Of a stretch of 64,000 bases of DNA, positions 25,141 to 37,975 are shown piece after piece. Every line of letters begins with the position of its first letter. Positions within the stretch are counted from its first letter, which is position 1. This stretch comes from Octopus vulgaris (Eukaryota). A program made the position numbers and the translations under genes. The stretch is taken from the NCBI GenBank assembly GCA_951406725.2, contig OX597829.1, positions 39,432,001 to 39,496,000 of the forward strand, in the 5' to 3' direction. The notes below the pieces were generated by a model. The model did not search any database. It saw nothing but the letters and a program-made list of their open reading frames with translations, and was not told the DNA's origin.

Positions 25141-26199
25141 CCTTTAATTTTTTTTTTTTTAAAAAACTATTTCAACTTTCATCAAATTGTACTTTTTAAT
25201 CCAGTTTTTGATACCATCCATTTTACTATTTGAAGTTGACCTTATTCTTTCCTGGACTTAACTAAACTCTGTAAAGACAACTTCTACAATAAATATAAGT
25301 TTTAAACTTATCCCCCCTGCCTCTTACTTATTGTGTCAAATCATAGCTTGTATTTATTTCATACAAATATCTCCCAAGATAATAATAGTTCTCAGTTCTT
25401 CAAAGATAGGCTGTATTGAAAAGATTCTCTGGAACATGTATTTAGTTATTTCTCCCTCCCACTCCCCGCTTTCTCCTCTTTCTCACTTTCTCTCACTCTC
25501 TTCACCCCCCCTCTCTCACTGTGTCTTTTACTTCTGTTTCAAGGCTTTGTATACTCGATGGTTTGTGTGAACATATGGTAATGCTAGAAGCCAGTTTTTA
25601 AGTGTATGTTATAAAATGTGTCAACATTTACATCTTTCTGTATTAAATATAGTGTTACTGTCATATTAAAAAGGTTTTTTTTCCCCCTTGTTTTTCTACA
25701 AAACAAATATATTTAAAAGATCATGATGGTGTTTTGAAGAGTTGCTTTGAGCAGTAGAGGAGAAAGAAAAATCCCAAATATCAAGAACTTTTACTCGATC
25801 CATCTACATTGTATTTGTTATTAGAAGTATTTAGCATTAAAAACAAAACAAAATAATTACTATTTTTTTTTCTTTTTTATGTAGAAGCTTGTGATTTTAA
25901 TTAGATTTTGGAGAAATAATAAAACTAATGCTTGCCAGGAGGGAGTAGTTCTTACTTCGGTAAGGAAACGTAGTTTATTTAGTGATGATATTCTATTTTC
26001 TGAACGTTAGCTTCATTGGTTGCAAGTTCACTGCATTTATGATGCTGACAGCGACAAGGGATCGTCTGTGAAAGGTCAAGTGAAACAAATATCACAAGGG
26101 ACTTTATTTGAAAGCTTTGGCATATTGGCTTTCTGACTGATGTTTTATATAAATCTATGTCTGTCTGTCTGTCTGTCTAAATATATAGTATGTGTGTGT

Positions 26200-26740
26200 G
26201 TGAAGGTATATGGTTTAGATATTAGGGTATTTGGTGGCGAGCTGGCAGAAACGTTAGCATGCCGGGCGAAATGCTTAGCAGTATTTCATCTGCCATTACA
26301 TTCTGAGTTCAAATTCTGCTGAGGTCGACTTTGCCTTTCAACCTTTCGGGGTCGATAAATTAAGTACCAGTTATGCACTGGGGTCAATATAATCGACCTA
26401 ATCCGTTGTCTGTCCTTGTTTGTCCCCTATGTGCTTAGCCCCTTGTGGGTAGTAGAGAAATAGGTATTTGGCTCATGATTTTACGGTCATGTGTTTGATA
26501 CCTGGTGGTACATTGTGTCCTTGAGCAAGACTCTTCATTTCACATTGCTCCAGTCTGCTCAGCTGGCAAAAACAAGCTGTATCTGTAATTCAAAGGGGCC
26601 AGCCTTGTCACATTCAGATTCAGTGTCATGCTGAATCTCCCTGAGAACTACACTAAGGGTACACGTGTCTGTGGAGTACTCAGCCACTTGAATGTTAATT
26701 TCACTAGCAGGCTGTTCATCATCCTAACTGATGGAGCGTG
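26200..26740 (+). mobile_element. SINE-C, tail variant c (also 28940-29180 on -)
   Basis: Head and core then gctgaatctccctgagaactacactaagggtacacgtgtctgtggagtactcag. Confidence 0.72.
26233..26463 (+). mobile_element. SINE-A nested in a SINE-C head
   Basis: Full-length copy; TSD ggtatttgg. Confidence 0.9.
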
Positions 26741-26841
26741 TGCGCACATGTGTGTGTGTGTGTAAAATGACTCTCCACTTGTGACTGAGGAAGACTCTAT
26801 CACTAACCACTAAGAACATTGTACACTCAGACGAATTTATA

Positions 26842-27378
26842 CTGGGTTGTCCGGAAAGTTTGTGCCGATTTTTGAAGGAAAGAAAAAGGTCAGGAAATAC
26901 TTGCCATTACATTTTTAATCAACCAAATATGAACCATTTTGTTGCACAATGCATCTCCATCTTTCCTTTAACTTGAAAATACCCTCTTCCTAGAATTGAG
27001 GTGGTTTCATGGCAAAGAATTCATCAAGGTATCTTTTTACGTCATCCAAGGAATTGAAATGTTTACCATTAAGACTATTCTGCAGAGACCTGAATAAGTG
27101 GAAATCCGAAGGAGTAATATCTTTGTGAATATGGAGGGTGGGGTAACACATCCCAGCTGAGCTGCAGAAATTTTTGTCTGGTTCCCAAAGCATCAAGTGC
27201 CGAAAATGAACTTTCTCATCTTCCATTTTAGAGTGTTACAGAATTAACACAGGTTGTAGGAACATAAACCTCCCATGAAAATATAGCTTAAACTGTGCTC
27301 TAAATGCAGGTGTAGTCAAATCCTATTTTATGGACTTAACCATGTTCTATAATAAGTTGAACTTTCCAGACAACCCAA
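26842..27378 (-). mobile_element. Mariner (DD34D) internal-deletion derivative
   Basis: TIRs ctgggttgtccggaaagtt / aactttccagacaacccaa flanked by TA. Remnant DITPSDFHLFRSLQNSLNGKHF..F*EEGIFKLKERWRCIVQQNGSYLV joined to the N-terminus MEDEKVHFRHLMLW. Confidence 0.93.
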
Positions 27379-28431
27379 TATTTTAGACTTGTGTCTCTGC
27401 TGATGACTAATGTTCAGCCCTTGATAAACATACATGTTCACATATATTGCAGACCAAGGTTTCTCTGCTTCTCCTATTCACTATACTTGGTTCTGGGTTC
27501 AACCGTTCTGTGTGGCACCTCAGGCAAGTGTTTTATACCTTAGGCCGAGGCTAAGTTGGTGTTTTCTTTTGTTTTTGAAATCACATGAATATTGTAAATG
27601 AGTATCACTGTCATACAAGCGGTGTCCTTCATTTCCAGCCTTCTATGAAAACATGTCCAGCCTTGGGAAAAATATTACACTACTACCTTTCTTGGAAATG
27701 TGTGAGGGTTGGTGACAAAAAGGGCTTCCAGCCATAGGAAATCTGCTTTAGCAAATTCTGCCCAACCTGCAAGTATAGAAAAGTGGACATTGAATGTTGA
27801 CATTGAAATATACTAGATATTTTATATTATTGACCCTGGAGGGACAAAAAGTAAAGCTGACTTTGGTTGGATTTGAACCCAGAATGTAAAGCACTCTAAC
27901 TAAATGCCACTGGCATTTTGTTTGTTGCTGAACTGATTCTGGGTAATATTTGACTTCATTGAAATTTTCTTTTCAAGGAATGATCTAGGATGGAGTAGAA
28001 TTAATGTTTATATATCTTTTAGACCAAAGCCAATAAGATAAAAGAGAATCAAAAGGTGATAATTCTCTTGATCAAACCAATTATTTCTTTTTAATATTCT
28101 TTCATGTAGATTAAAGCAGTGTGCATGTGCGCACAGATCAATCTTTAGTCTTAAGATATATAAATATGTATTCTTTGATTTTTTTTTTTCTCCATAAAAC
28201 AGATAATTCACATTATGTGTGTGTGTGTATGTGTGTGTGTATAATGTAAGTTATGTGTGTATGGTGCAATCATACTGTGTGGTGAAGAAGTTTGCTTTTT
28301 AATCTCACAGTTCTCATTTCAATCCTAAGGTGCAGCATTTTGGGTGGGTGCCCTTTTTTTTTCCTGTAGTCTTTTTCAAACAAATATTGTGTGGAATTTG
28401 ATAGGCAAAATCTGCGCAAAAACAGAAGCTC

Positions 28432-28483
<52 letters not shown>

Positions 28484-29786
28484 AATTGTAAACAAATTTA
28501 CATGTATACATTACACTACACTGTAAAGTGGTTGGTGCTAGGCAGGGCATCCAGCTATAGATACCAAGCCAAATCAGACTGGAACCTGGTACAGCTCCCC
28601 AGTTTGCAAGCTTCAGTCAAACTGTCCAACCCATATCAGCATGGAAAATGGACGTTAAAGGATGATGATGATGATGATAATTTAGCCATGCTTTTAAAAT
28701 TGATCTTACGGTTGAATGGCCAGGCTGTTTCTGCAGCATGAAATGGAAAGGAATTTGACCAGTTTTACTTAGTTTTTGACAGCTAACCAAGAGTTTGTAC
28801 TACTTTCACCCAACAGGAAACCGCCCCCCCCCCCCCCAGCTTGCAGCTGCCTATGAAAAATGCTTTGCATAACAAGGACCAACTTTTCTCATATGCATGT
28901 CAGTTCATTTTCACTGGTGGCATGGTTTATATTGCTGGCACTCACTCCATCAGTTATGACGATTGAGCGTTCCAGTTAATCTGATCGATGGATGAGCCTG
29001 CTTGTAAAATTAGTGTGCAAGTCGCTGAGCACTCCACAGACATGAGTACCCTTGATGTAGTTCTCATGGAGATTCAGCATGGCACAGATTGTGTGACAAG
29101 GCCATCCCTTTGAACCACAACACGTACTGCTAGTTTTTGTCAGCTGAGTTGACTGGGACAATGTGAAATACAAAAATAGAATCAACCATTTATTTATGTC
29201 TCTTTGTGTTCTGTGTTTCACTCCCATTGGTGAGAAGAAGGGAAGTCGATCCTGCATATTTCAACCTTCCAGGATCACTTTAACCAATCATATTTCTCTA
29301 CAAACTTTATGCTTTAATTGCAAAACACATTTTATAACTTAGGTATAAGGTTATGTACAAATGTATGCTCATATATACACATACACACATGCATGCATGC
29401 ATATATGTGTGTGTGTTTGCACACATACTTGTATTTATAATATGTATATGCATATATGTATCTACTTGTGTATATGTATTTATGTGTGTGTGCACACACA
29501 ACAGATGTAAGGTGTGTTTATATTTGTGAGGACTGATATTGTTGGTTAAAAATCTATAGATGTTTTTTATTAGTAGTAATTTATTAATTAATAATCAAAC
29601 TAGCTGGCAAGAGTACATTATATATACTCTTTTACTTGTTTCAATCATTTGACTGTGGCCATGCTGGAGCACCACCTTTAGTCGAGCAAATCGGCCACAG
29701 GACTTATTCTTTGTTAGCCTGGTACTAATTCTATCGGTGTCTTTTGCCGAACCACTAAGTTATGTGGACGTAAAAACACCAGCTTC

Positions 29787-30745
29787 GATGTCTCCACTTA
29801 AACGATCCCATAATGTGACTGTTTTCTTTAGAGCGGTGATACTTTTGTAGGAAACTCTAAAAACGTCACTTTTTAGAATGGGCCAAATAGCAAAGCCCAT
29901 AGGGTTGACGTCCGGGCTGTAGGGGTCCACACATTCTTGCTGAACCCGTTGAAATGGCTGTGTCTCATTAGATGAATGAGAAGCAGTACCATTTTGCATG
30001 AACATGTAATTATCTCCAAGTGTTTCGGTCACCCATGGCAAAATATTATCCCCCAACATTTTCATGTAAATTGCCAAATTGACCTTCATCCCCTCTTTAA
30101 TGAATACCAGAGTAGATTTTCCACCATCGAATGACACTGCCGCCTAAACCATCACTCTGGCGGATTTCATTCGGCGAAACACTTTACGGGTGCATTTGGG
30201 AACAGTAGCTGACCTCTTGGTCAAAATCTTGTCATTCTGTGTGTTCGCTACAGCCTCCACAGTGAATATCGTTTCGTCTGACCAGAAGGAGACATTGTCA
30301 CTGGCGCACTGACTCTCCTCTGCTATTTTCTTGCATCTGTCCAGTCACTTTGCTTTGGAAGCAGCCAATTTAGGTCTTCATGCATGACCCGCTGCATTGT
30401 TATCTGAGAAATATTGGGACTTTTAGCCATTTGCCTCATGCTCCGCTGTGGATTTCACGACACTCTTTCACACGACATCCACCAATCGTTTCGTCCTTAC
30501 GGATGGTTTTCGTCCAGGAATGGTTTTGCTGCCTATTGAACCTGTCTCACAGTAGCGTTTCATGACATCATAGACTGTTTTGGGATCAACGCCAACCCTT
30601 TGAAGCCATGTCTTTGGCGCTATATAGTCCTGCTTTTTTCAGTTACAATCTCATTTTCGCCTGTTAACTTGCCATATTGAAGTGTTTTGCTCGCTGAACG
30701 TAAACAAACAATTGAATGTTGGGGAGCTCATTATTTTTTGTACAA
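29787..30745 (-). mobile_element. Tc1/mariner superfamily transposase pseudogene, DD37D (maT)-like
   Basis: FWSDETIFTVEAVANTQND, LVFIKEGMKVN..Y..ML...ILPW, FMQNGTASHSS, YSPDVNPMGFAIWPILKS; contains stops and frameshifts; abuts a SINE-B 3' part (29625-29786). Confidence 0.85.
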
Positions 30746-30779
30746 TTTCAAACTACATTTAATAAAATAAACCTCAGTA

Positions 30780-31190
30780 ATCCTTCAGTATGTGGTGATT
30801 AAAAAAGTATATAAAAATTAAAGGGAAATAACAAGGGGAGATAAATGTCAACTTACTGTTAAACAACGTAGACATTGGCTATAGCAACCAAAAAGTGAAC
30901 AAATGTCTTTTTCTTTGGTATAGAATTCTTCCATATAAATTTGTGTAAATATGAAATGAATAAATTATCTGACATTCCAAATTGACGTCGTAGTTTTTTG
31001 TTTTTACACACATCTGCATATTCTCTACATTTTGTGTATGGACGTTCTTATTTGTCGGATCTGCAAAGTTCTGATGTACAATCACTTCATGAGAGTACAT
31101 ACCATTATTTAGGCTCCCAATAGTTCCCTAGTTATTATTTCCCCCGTTAATTCTTATTTACTTTTTTTTAATCACCACCTACCGAAGGAT
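30780..31190. mobile_element. MITE with long imperfect TIRs
   Basis: ta|atccttcagtatgtggtgattaaaaaagta versus tactttttttaatcaccacctaccgaaggat|ta; similarity extends ~55 bp inward. Confidence 0.8.
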
Positions 31191-31236
31191 TACCATAAAC
31201 TATATTTAAATAATCGGGAATTTCTTACAGCGCACC

Positions 31237-31279
<43 letters not shown>

Positions 31280-31644
31280 AGAAAAATTCTCACTGCCTGA
31301 AGAAATGAGAATGTGTAAACTGTAGCAATGCAGAAAAGTAGAAATTGAATACTTATGCTGTAACATATGTGGAGTACTTTTTCTCTCATTCATTATAAAT
31401 AATGTGTGTGTGTCTGTGTGTCTGTGTTTGTGTGTGCATATAAATATCGACGTGTGTGAAATCATGACATTATGTGTGTGTGTATGATCACAGTTTATTA
31501 TGTATGGAAGTTGTTATAATTGCCATACAAAAAAAATGGGGACAGTTTTATTTGATAATGATCTGTATTACTACAGACAAGTACTTACTCTCTTTTACTC
31601 TCTTACGCATATCCAAATCCATGCACTTAGGCTTGCCAGCACAT

Positions 31645-31677
<33 letters not shown>

Positions 31678-31760
31678 GCTTACACATATGTATAAACATG
31701 TTAATGATTGTGAGGGCTTAACACAATGGTGGGATTAGATGAAGTGTATAGAGTGTGTGT

Positions 31761-32045
31761 GGAGGCACATGGCCTAGTGGTTAGAGCAGCGGACTCACGG
31801 GTTTGAATCTCAGACTGGGCGATGTGTGTGTTTATGAGTGAAACACCTAAGCTCCACGTGGCTCCAGCAGAAGGTAATGGTGAACTTCTGCTGATTCTTT
31901 TGCCACTACTTTCTCTCACTCTTTCCTCCTGCATCTTGCAGCTCACCTGTGATGGACTGGCGTCCCGTCCAGGTGGGGAACCTATGCGCCAAAGAAACCG
32001 GCCCTTATGAGCCAGGCATGGCTCAAGAAGGAACAAAAAAAAAAA
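31761..32045 (+). mobile_element. SINE-C-related with V-domain-like segment
   Basis: ggaggcacatggcctagtggttag head; cctgtgatggactggcgtcccgtccag. Confidence 0.78.
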
Positions 32046-33053
32046 GAGAGTGTGTATGTGTATGTGGTGTGTATGATTTGTATGCATGTGTAATTATGTA
32101 TATATGTGTGATTTGTATACATGTGTGTATGTGTGTGTCTTCTAAATGTGCATAGATTTAATAATATTGTTAGTATTCTTCACTCCCATGTTGCATTCAT
32201 TTATATGTTATGTAAAAAAACCTTTAATTTTTTTTTGCCATTATTTCTTTTTAACTACATAGGTATATACAAATATTAGGGGGTTGCTAGTTATACAAAA
32301 TCCTTAGGTTTGGTTAATGAGGAAGGATCTTGTATTAAGTTTGATGATCAATGTTTCAGTTGATTGGCCAGCAAAATTATGTACAGCATAGAAGTCAGTG
32401 TAGTATGGAGTGTAAACATTTAGACATAATCACTACTTTACTATATCTTGTTGCATTCCACATGGAATTTTAGGTCCTCAAAAATTGTCTGTATATATAA
32501 GTCGACCTACCGTTTTTGATTGTAAATTTTGGTCTGAAAAATTTGACTTGAACGCTGGAAAATACAGTACTCTTCGAAGTGAATTATAAAGTAAATGGCT
32601 GAGCAAAGGTGTGTGACCTAGTGGTTAAGGGTGTCAGGATTGTGATAATGAAGTCTTGGGTTCACTTCCTGGACCAAACAGTATTTTATGTTCTTGGGCA
32701 TGACACTTTATTTCATGTTGCTCCAGTTTTCTCAATGGAATATGCGTACCAGCCTAGTGCTGGTGCAGCCTGCTTTGTCTCTCTTTCTGCGGCTGTCATT
32801 GTCTCATGTTTTGTTAGGTCATGGTAGGAAAGGCAGAGTGTCTGTTGTCAGTCATTGCTTGTGATTACATAGACATCTAAAACAATTTGCAAATGCATTG
32901 TACATGTTACCAAGTCATACTTGTTTGTGAATGACAGCTCTGGGTTTTTTCTTGTCTTTTTTAAATGAATTTGTAGACTTAACAATAATCCTTGGCAGAA
33001 TTGCTATGACAATTACAGTTACAACCTATCTAATATTCTTCTCTACAGTTTCT

Positions 33054-33467
33054 TATTTCTTTATTGCCCACAAGAGGCTAAACACAGAGGGGACAAACAA
33101 GGACAGACAAACGGATTAAGTCGATTACATCAACTCCAGTGCGTAACTGGTACATAATTTATCAACCCCAAAAGGATGAAAGGCAAAGTTGACCTCGGCG
33201 GAATTTCAACTCAGAACGTAGCGGCAGATGAAATACCGATAAGCATTTCGCCCAGCATGCTAACGTTTCTGCCAGCTCGCCACCTTCTTATTTCTTTACT
33301 ACCCATAAGGGGCTAAACACAGAGAGGACAAACAAGGATAGACAAATGGATTAAGTCGATTACATCGACCCCAAAGCGTAACTGGTACTTATTTAATCGA
33401 CCCCGAAAGGATGAAAGGCAAAGTCGACCTCGGTGGAATTTGAACTCCGAACCTAATGGCTCGCCGC
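33054..33467 (-). mobile_element. SINE-A head-to-tail dimer
   Basis: 16-bp TSD cttctctacagtttct at 33038-33053 and 33468-33483 encloses both copies. Confidence 0.92.
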
Positions 33468-33603
33468 CTTCTCTACAGTTTCTGTCTACCCAATTTCACT
33501 TAGATTGACAGAGGCTATTATAAAATAGAATTACCTCAGTTAGCACCACATTGGTATTGAATCCACATCTTACTGGTTTTCATGTAAACTTCCATGCCTG
33601 CAC

Positions 33604-33604
<1 letters not shown>

Positions 33605-33668
<64 letters not shown>

Positions 33669-33669
33669 A
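33605..33669. repeat. Compound (TAC)n(TGC)n microsatellite
   Basis: Directly visible. Confidence 0.95.
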
Positions 33670-34263
33670 CCCACTTGTTACATCATGCATTCATGTTACC
33701 AGTTATCAAATTTGTATCACATGTCGACAAACCCTCTCTCTCCATATACACCACACACCTCATACTTGCATCTTCCTCCTAACAGAAGTATTTACCTTGT
33801 TTGGAAATATGTGAGGGTTGGCAACAGGAAGGGCATCCGACCATAGACAATCTGCCTCAAATAAATTCTGTCTGATCCATTTAAGCATAGATAAAGTGGA
33901 CATTAAGTGGTAATGGTGATCTTATAGAAATTTTTAATAAGCTGGATCTGTGACTTGATTGTTTTGTTGTTGTGCCTCACATTACCCAGGCAAAAAATAC
34001 TGAAATTCATGAACATCCTTGTGCTTTATTTTTTTATTTTATTTTATTTTTTACCAAGCAATGTGTATCATGGGTTGGTGAGAAGAAATCTAGAGTATTG
34101 AACACAGTGGAAAAGACTGTCATGGGGACCATAAAAACTAACCCCTGCTTTAGGGAAAATTGCCTTAAAATATTTGTTGTTCTATGCATCCACTGCACGT
34201 TCCAGTGTGTTCTCCTTTTAAGATCGTTCGGTGTGATTTGTGAGGTATTTGGTTGCCATTTGT

Positions 34264-34655
34264 AGCAGGAGTGGCTGTGTGGTAAGTAGTTTGCTTACCA
34301 ACCACATGGTTCCGGGTTCAGTCCCACTGCGTAGTACCTTGGGCAAATGTCTTCTACTACAGCCTCGGGCCGACCAAATCCTTGTGAGTGGATTTGGTAG
34401 ACGGAAACTGAAAGAAGCCCGTCGTATATATGTTTATATATATGTGTATGTGTGTGTATGTGTTTGTATGTCTGTGTTTGTCGCCCCAACGTTGCTTGAC
34501 AACTGATGTTGGTGTGTCTACGTCCCTGTAACTTAGCAGTTCAGCAAAAAGAGACCGATAGAATAAGTCCTGGGGTTGATTTACTCGACTAAAGGCGGTG
34601 CTCCAGCATGGCTGCAGTCAAATGACTGAAACAAGTAAAAGAGTAAAGAGAGTAA
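34264..34655 (+). mobile_element. SINE-B full length
   Basis: Head, microsatellite and tail all present. Confidence 0.9.
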
Positions 34656-35494
34656 AGGTCGAGCAACTGCATAGACTCTCCCTCATTGGCTTGTTCTTTT
34701 AGAATCCGTGCTCCCATGGCTCTATTCTCATAGCTATTGTATTTAAAACTACCTTATTTAGTGATTGCAATCTGGTTGAAGCAAGTTCACTTCTGCCACA
34801 TTGTCCATGTACCATTTTGCTTCCTCTGTAGATTTAAAGCTTTCTGACTTAGAGATAATCAATTTTTACATCAAGAAATAAGTTTAATTTTTTTTTTTTT
34901 TTTTTACCTATGAGCAAATCACATTTTTTTTTTTTTTTCCATCCAATCATTTATTGTTTCTTTACTGATTTCAGTCTGTGAAATGAAAAATAATCAAACT
35001 TCATTAGTTGATATTTAAATTTTTCTGAAACACTGCAAAAATTTGATGTATCAGGTTTAGTTAACTCAATTACCATGGTCAAATTTGAAATTTAATTTAA
35101 TCTTCTTGGAACTTGCTGTAATAAATATTTTATTATTCTTTATAACTGACCTTATATAATCCATGGTGTTTTGATTAGCAGACAGTGTTATTTGATAGCC
35201 TGTGTTCAGTAAGTTGGAGCAGAAACATATATACAATTAGCTTGGGGTAAATTAATAGAAAATTAATACCGAAATATAAAAAAGTGTATAGTTGCATAAG
35301 AAACATTTACAAAAAAAAAATTGTATCATGTTAGATGAACAAAATGATAGTCTTGTTCAATTAAACTGTCTTCTGGAACATTCCCAGTTGAAATTATTTT
35401 CCTTTATTGAATTTTTAAAGTTGGATTTATAAAACCATGGATTTATTAAGTTGATTAAACCAACTCAGTATATGACTGGTACTTGTATATACGT

Positions 35495-35910
35495 TTTTCT
35501 TTACTACCCACAAGGGGCTAAGCACAGAGAGGACAAACAAGGACAGACAAACGGATTAAGTCGATTACATTGACTCCAGTGCGTAACTGGTACTTATTTA
35601 ATCGACCCTGAAAGGATGAAAGGCAAAGTCGACCTCGACAGAATTTGAACTCAGAACGTAGAGGCAGACGAAATACCTATTTCTTTAGTACCCACAAGGG
35701 GCTAAACACAGGGAGGAGAAACAAGGACAGTCAAACAGATTAAGTCTATTACATCGACTCCAGTGCGTAACTGGTACTTATTTAATCGACCCTGAAAGGA
35801 TGAAAGGCAAAGTCGACCTCGACGGAATTTGAACTCAGAACGTAGCGGCAGACGAAATACTGCAAAGCATTTCACCCAGCATGCTAACGTTTCTGCCAGC
35901 TCGCTGCCTT
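35495..35910 (-). mobile_element. SINE-A tandem dimer
   Basis: Head plus two units joined at cagacgaaatac|ctatttc. Confidence 0.9.
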
Positions 35911-36284
35911 TATACTTGTATTACCAAGGGACAAAAAGTAAAGATTTACCTGAAGCATATTTGAACTCAGAGCATAAAATGACATATTGCACAGAATTTT
36001 GTCAAGCACCCTAATGAACCAGCCATCAAATATCCTCTTGATAAATAATAAAAATAATAAAGGATAATCGAAGAATGACAAACAAAAGATGCAGTCATAT
36101 AGCGAAAAGGGATGCAATTATTGCTGTTTTGTTGCTGAAGACGGCATCTTTAAATTTTCTTGAATCCAGTGTGCTGGGCAAACAAAGTGTTCATTCTTAC
36201 CTTCCAGGTTTCCCCTAATTACTGATAGAAATTAAGGTGGGGTAGCATAAGGAGAAACTTACTGCCAGGGCATCTTTTTTTTTT

Positions 36285-37016
36285 GTCTTTTAATTGTCTC
36301 AGTCATTTGTCTGTGGCCATGCTGGGGCACCGGCTTGAAAAATTCTTAGCCCAATGTATCAACTCCAGTACTTATTTTTCAAAGCCTGATACTTATTCTG
36401 TTGGTCTCTTTTGCTGGACTGCTAAGTTACAGGGACATAAATACATCAGCACTGGTTGTTTAGTGGTGGGGGTGGGGAGGAGGACAAACACAAAGATATA
36501 AGCATAAACATATATTTACATAGTGCTAGTGCATGCATATACAGCTGTGTGCGTGCGCACATACACGCGAGTACTGTCCAAATCTCAGACCAATCACATA
36601 CAGCTAGCTGGCATTCAATTGGCATATCAAGTTTTGGGCATTTTGATTGGGTTTTGGATAGAAAATTCACAAAAAAGTCACTTCTATTGACTTTTTAATG
36701 GGTTTGCGGGGTGACTGGGGAAATGTAAAGATGTGCACGACCGCCCTTGGATAGTTTTGAATGACCATAGAAAGTGCGAGCCCTCTAACTGAAAAATTGT
36801 GGATTTGTATAAAGGATACACACACACACATAGACAGACATTTTGCTGTTTATATATATAGAGATTTTCAGTTTCTGTCTACAAAATCCATTCACAAGGC
36901 TTTGGTTGGTCTGAGAATATGGTAGAAGACACTTGCCCATGGTCCCACATAGTGGGACTGAACCCAGAACCATGTGGCTGGGAAGCAAGCTTCTAACTAC
37001 ACAGCCATGCCTGCAC
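36285..37016 (-). mobile_element. Older SINE-B interrupted by a Helitron fragment
   Basis: Tail half 36285-36560, head half 36866-37016. Confidence 0.75.
36565..36864 (-). mobile_element. 5' part of a different non-autonomous Helitron
   Basis: Minus strand starts a|TCTCTATATATATAAACAGCAAAATGTCTGTC; no 3' hairpin-CTAG recognised. Confidence 0.55.
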
Positions 37017-37393
37017 CTCAGTCGTACCTAAAGACATTTTGAGTGAAAGATGGTAACTTTCTCAAGAATAAAATAAAATATTGAGTAAAAAATACTATTA
37101 TGATTAGGAAGTTTTGCTTAGAAATAAAAAAAATAAAAATTACATGAAAATGATGATGCTTGGTTTGAAAATAACCATTTAATTTAACCCTTCAGCATTT
37201 AGATCAGCCTCATCTGGCTCAAATATCCTGCCAGTTTTATGTTCAAAGTGGGCCTGATCTGGCCCCTTAACCCAACCTACAATCGCATCATCAAAATCTT
37301 GTTAATACAAGATAATGCATGGTTAATTGAAAAAACAATCATCATCATCATCGTCATTCAGCATGAATAAATAAACATTTAACAGAATAGTCG

Positions 37394-37975
37394 TAGGAGT
37401 GGCTGTGTGGTAAGTAGCCTGCTTACGAACCACATGGTTCCGGGTTCAGTCTCACTGTGCAGCACCTTGGGCAATTGTCTTCTACTATAGCCTCGGGCCG
37501 ACCAAAGCCTTGTGAGTGGATTTGGTAGACAGAAACTGAAAGAAGCCTGTCATATAAATGTATACATCATCATCATCATCATCATCGTCGTTTAACGTCC
37601 GTTCTCCATGCTAGCATGGGTTGGACGGTTCGACCGGGGTTCTGGGAAGCCAGAAGGCTGCACCAGGCTCCAGTCTAATCTGGCAATGTTTCTACAGCTG
37701 GATGCCCTTCCTAACGCCAACCACTCCGTATATATGCATATATATATGCATGTGTGTGTCTATGTTTGTGTCTGTGTTTGTCTCCCCAACATCGCTTGAC
37801 AATCGATGCTGGCGTGTTTACGTCACCGTAGCTTAGCGGTTCGTCAAAAAGAGACTGATAGAATAAGTACTAAGCTTACAAAGAATAAGTCCTGGGGCCG
37901 ATTTGCTCGACTAAAGGTGGTGCTCCAGCATGGCCACAGTCAAATGACTGAAACAAGTAAAAGACAGTAAAAGAA
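37394..37975 (+). mobile_element. SINE-B with SINE-D fragment (37566-37728, minus) in its microsatellite
   Basis: Both halves are colinear with 34264-34655. Confidence 0.88.

Noticed and set aside
32480-32570. Pogo/Tigger-type TIR remnant (ggaaaatacagta)
   Set aside because: Only one end is recognisable; too degraded to call.
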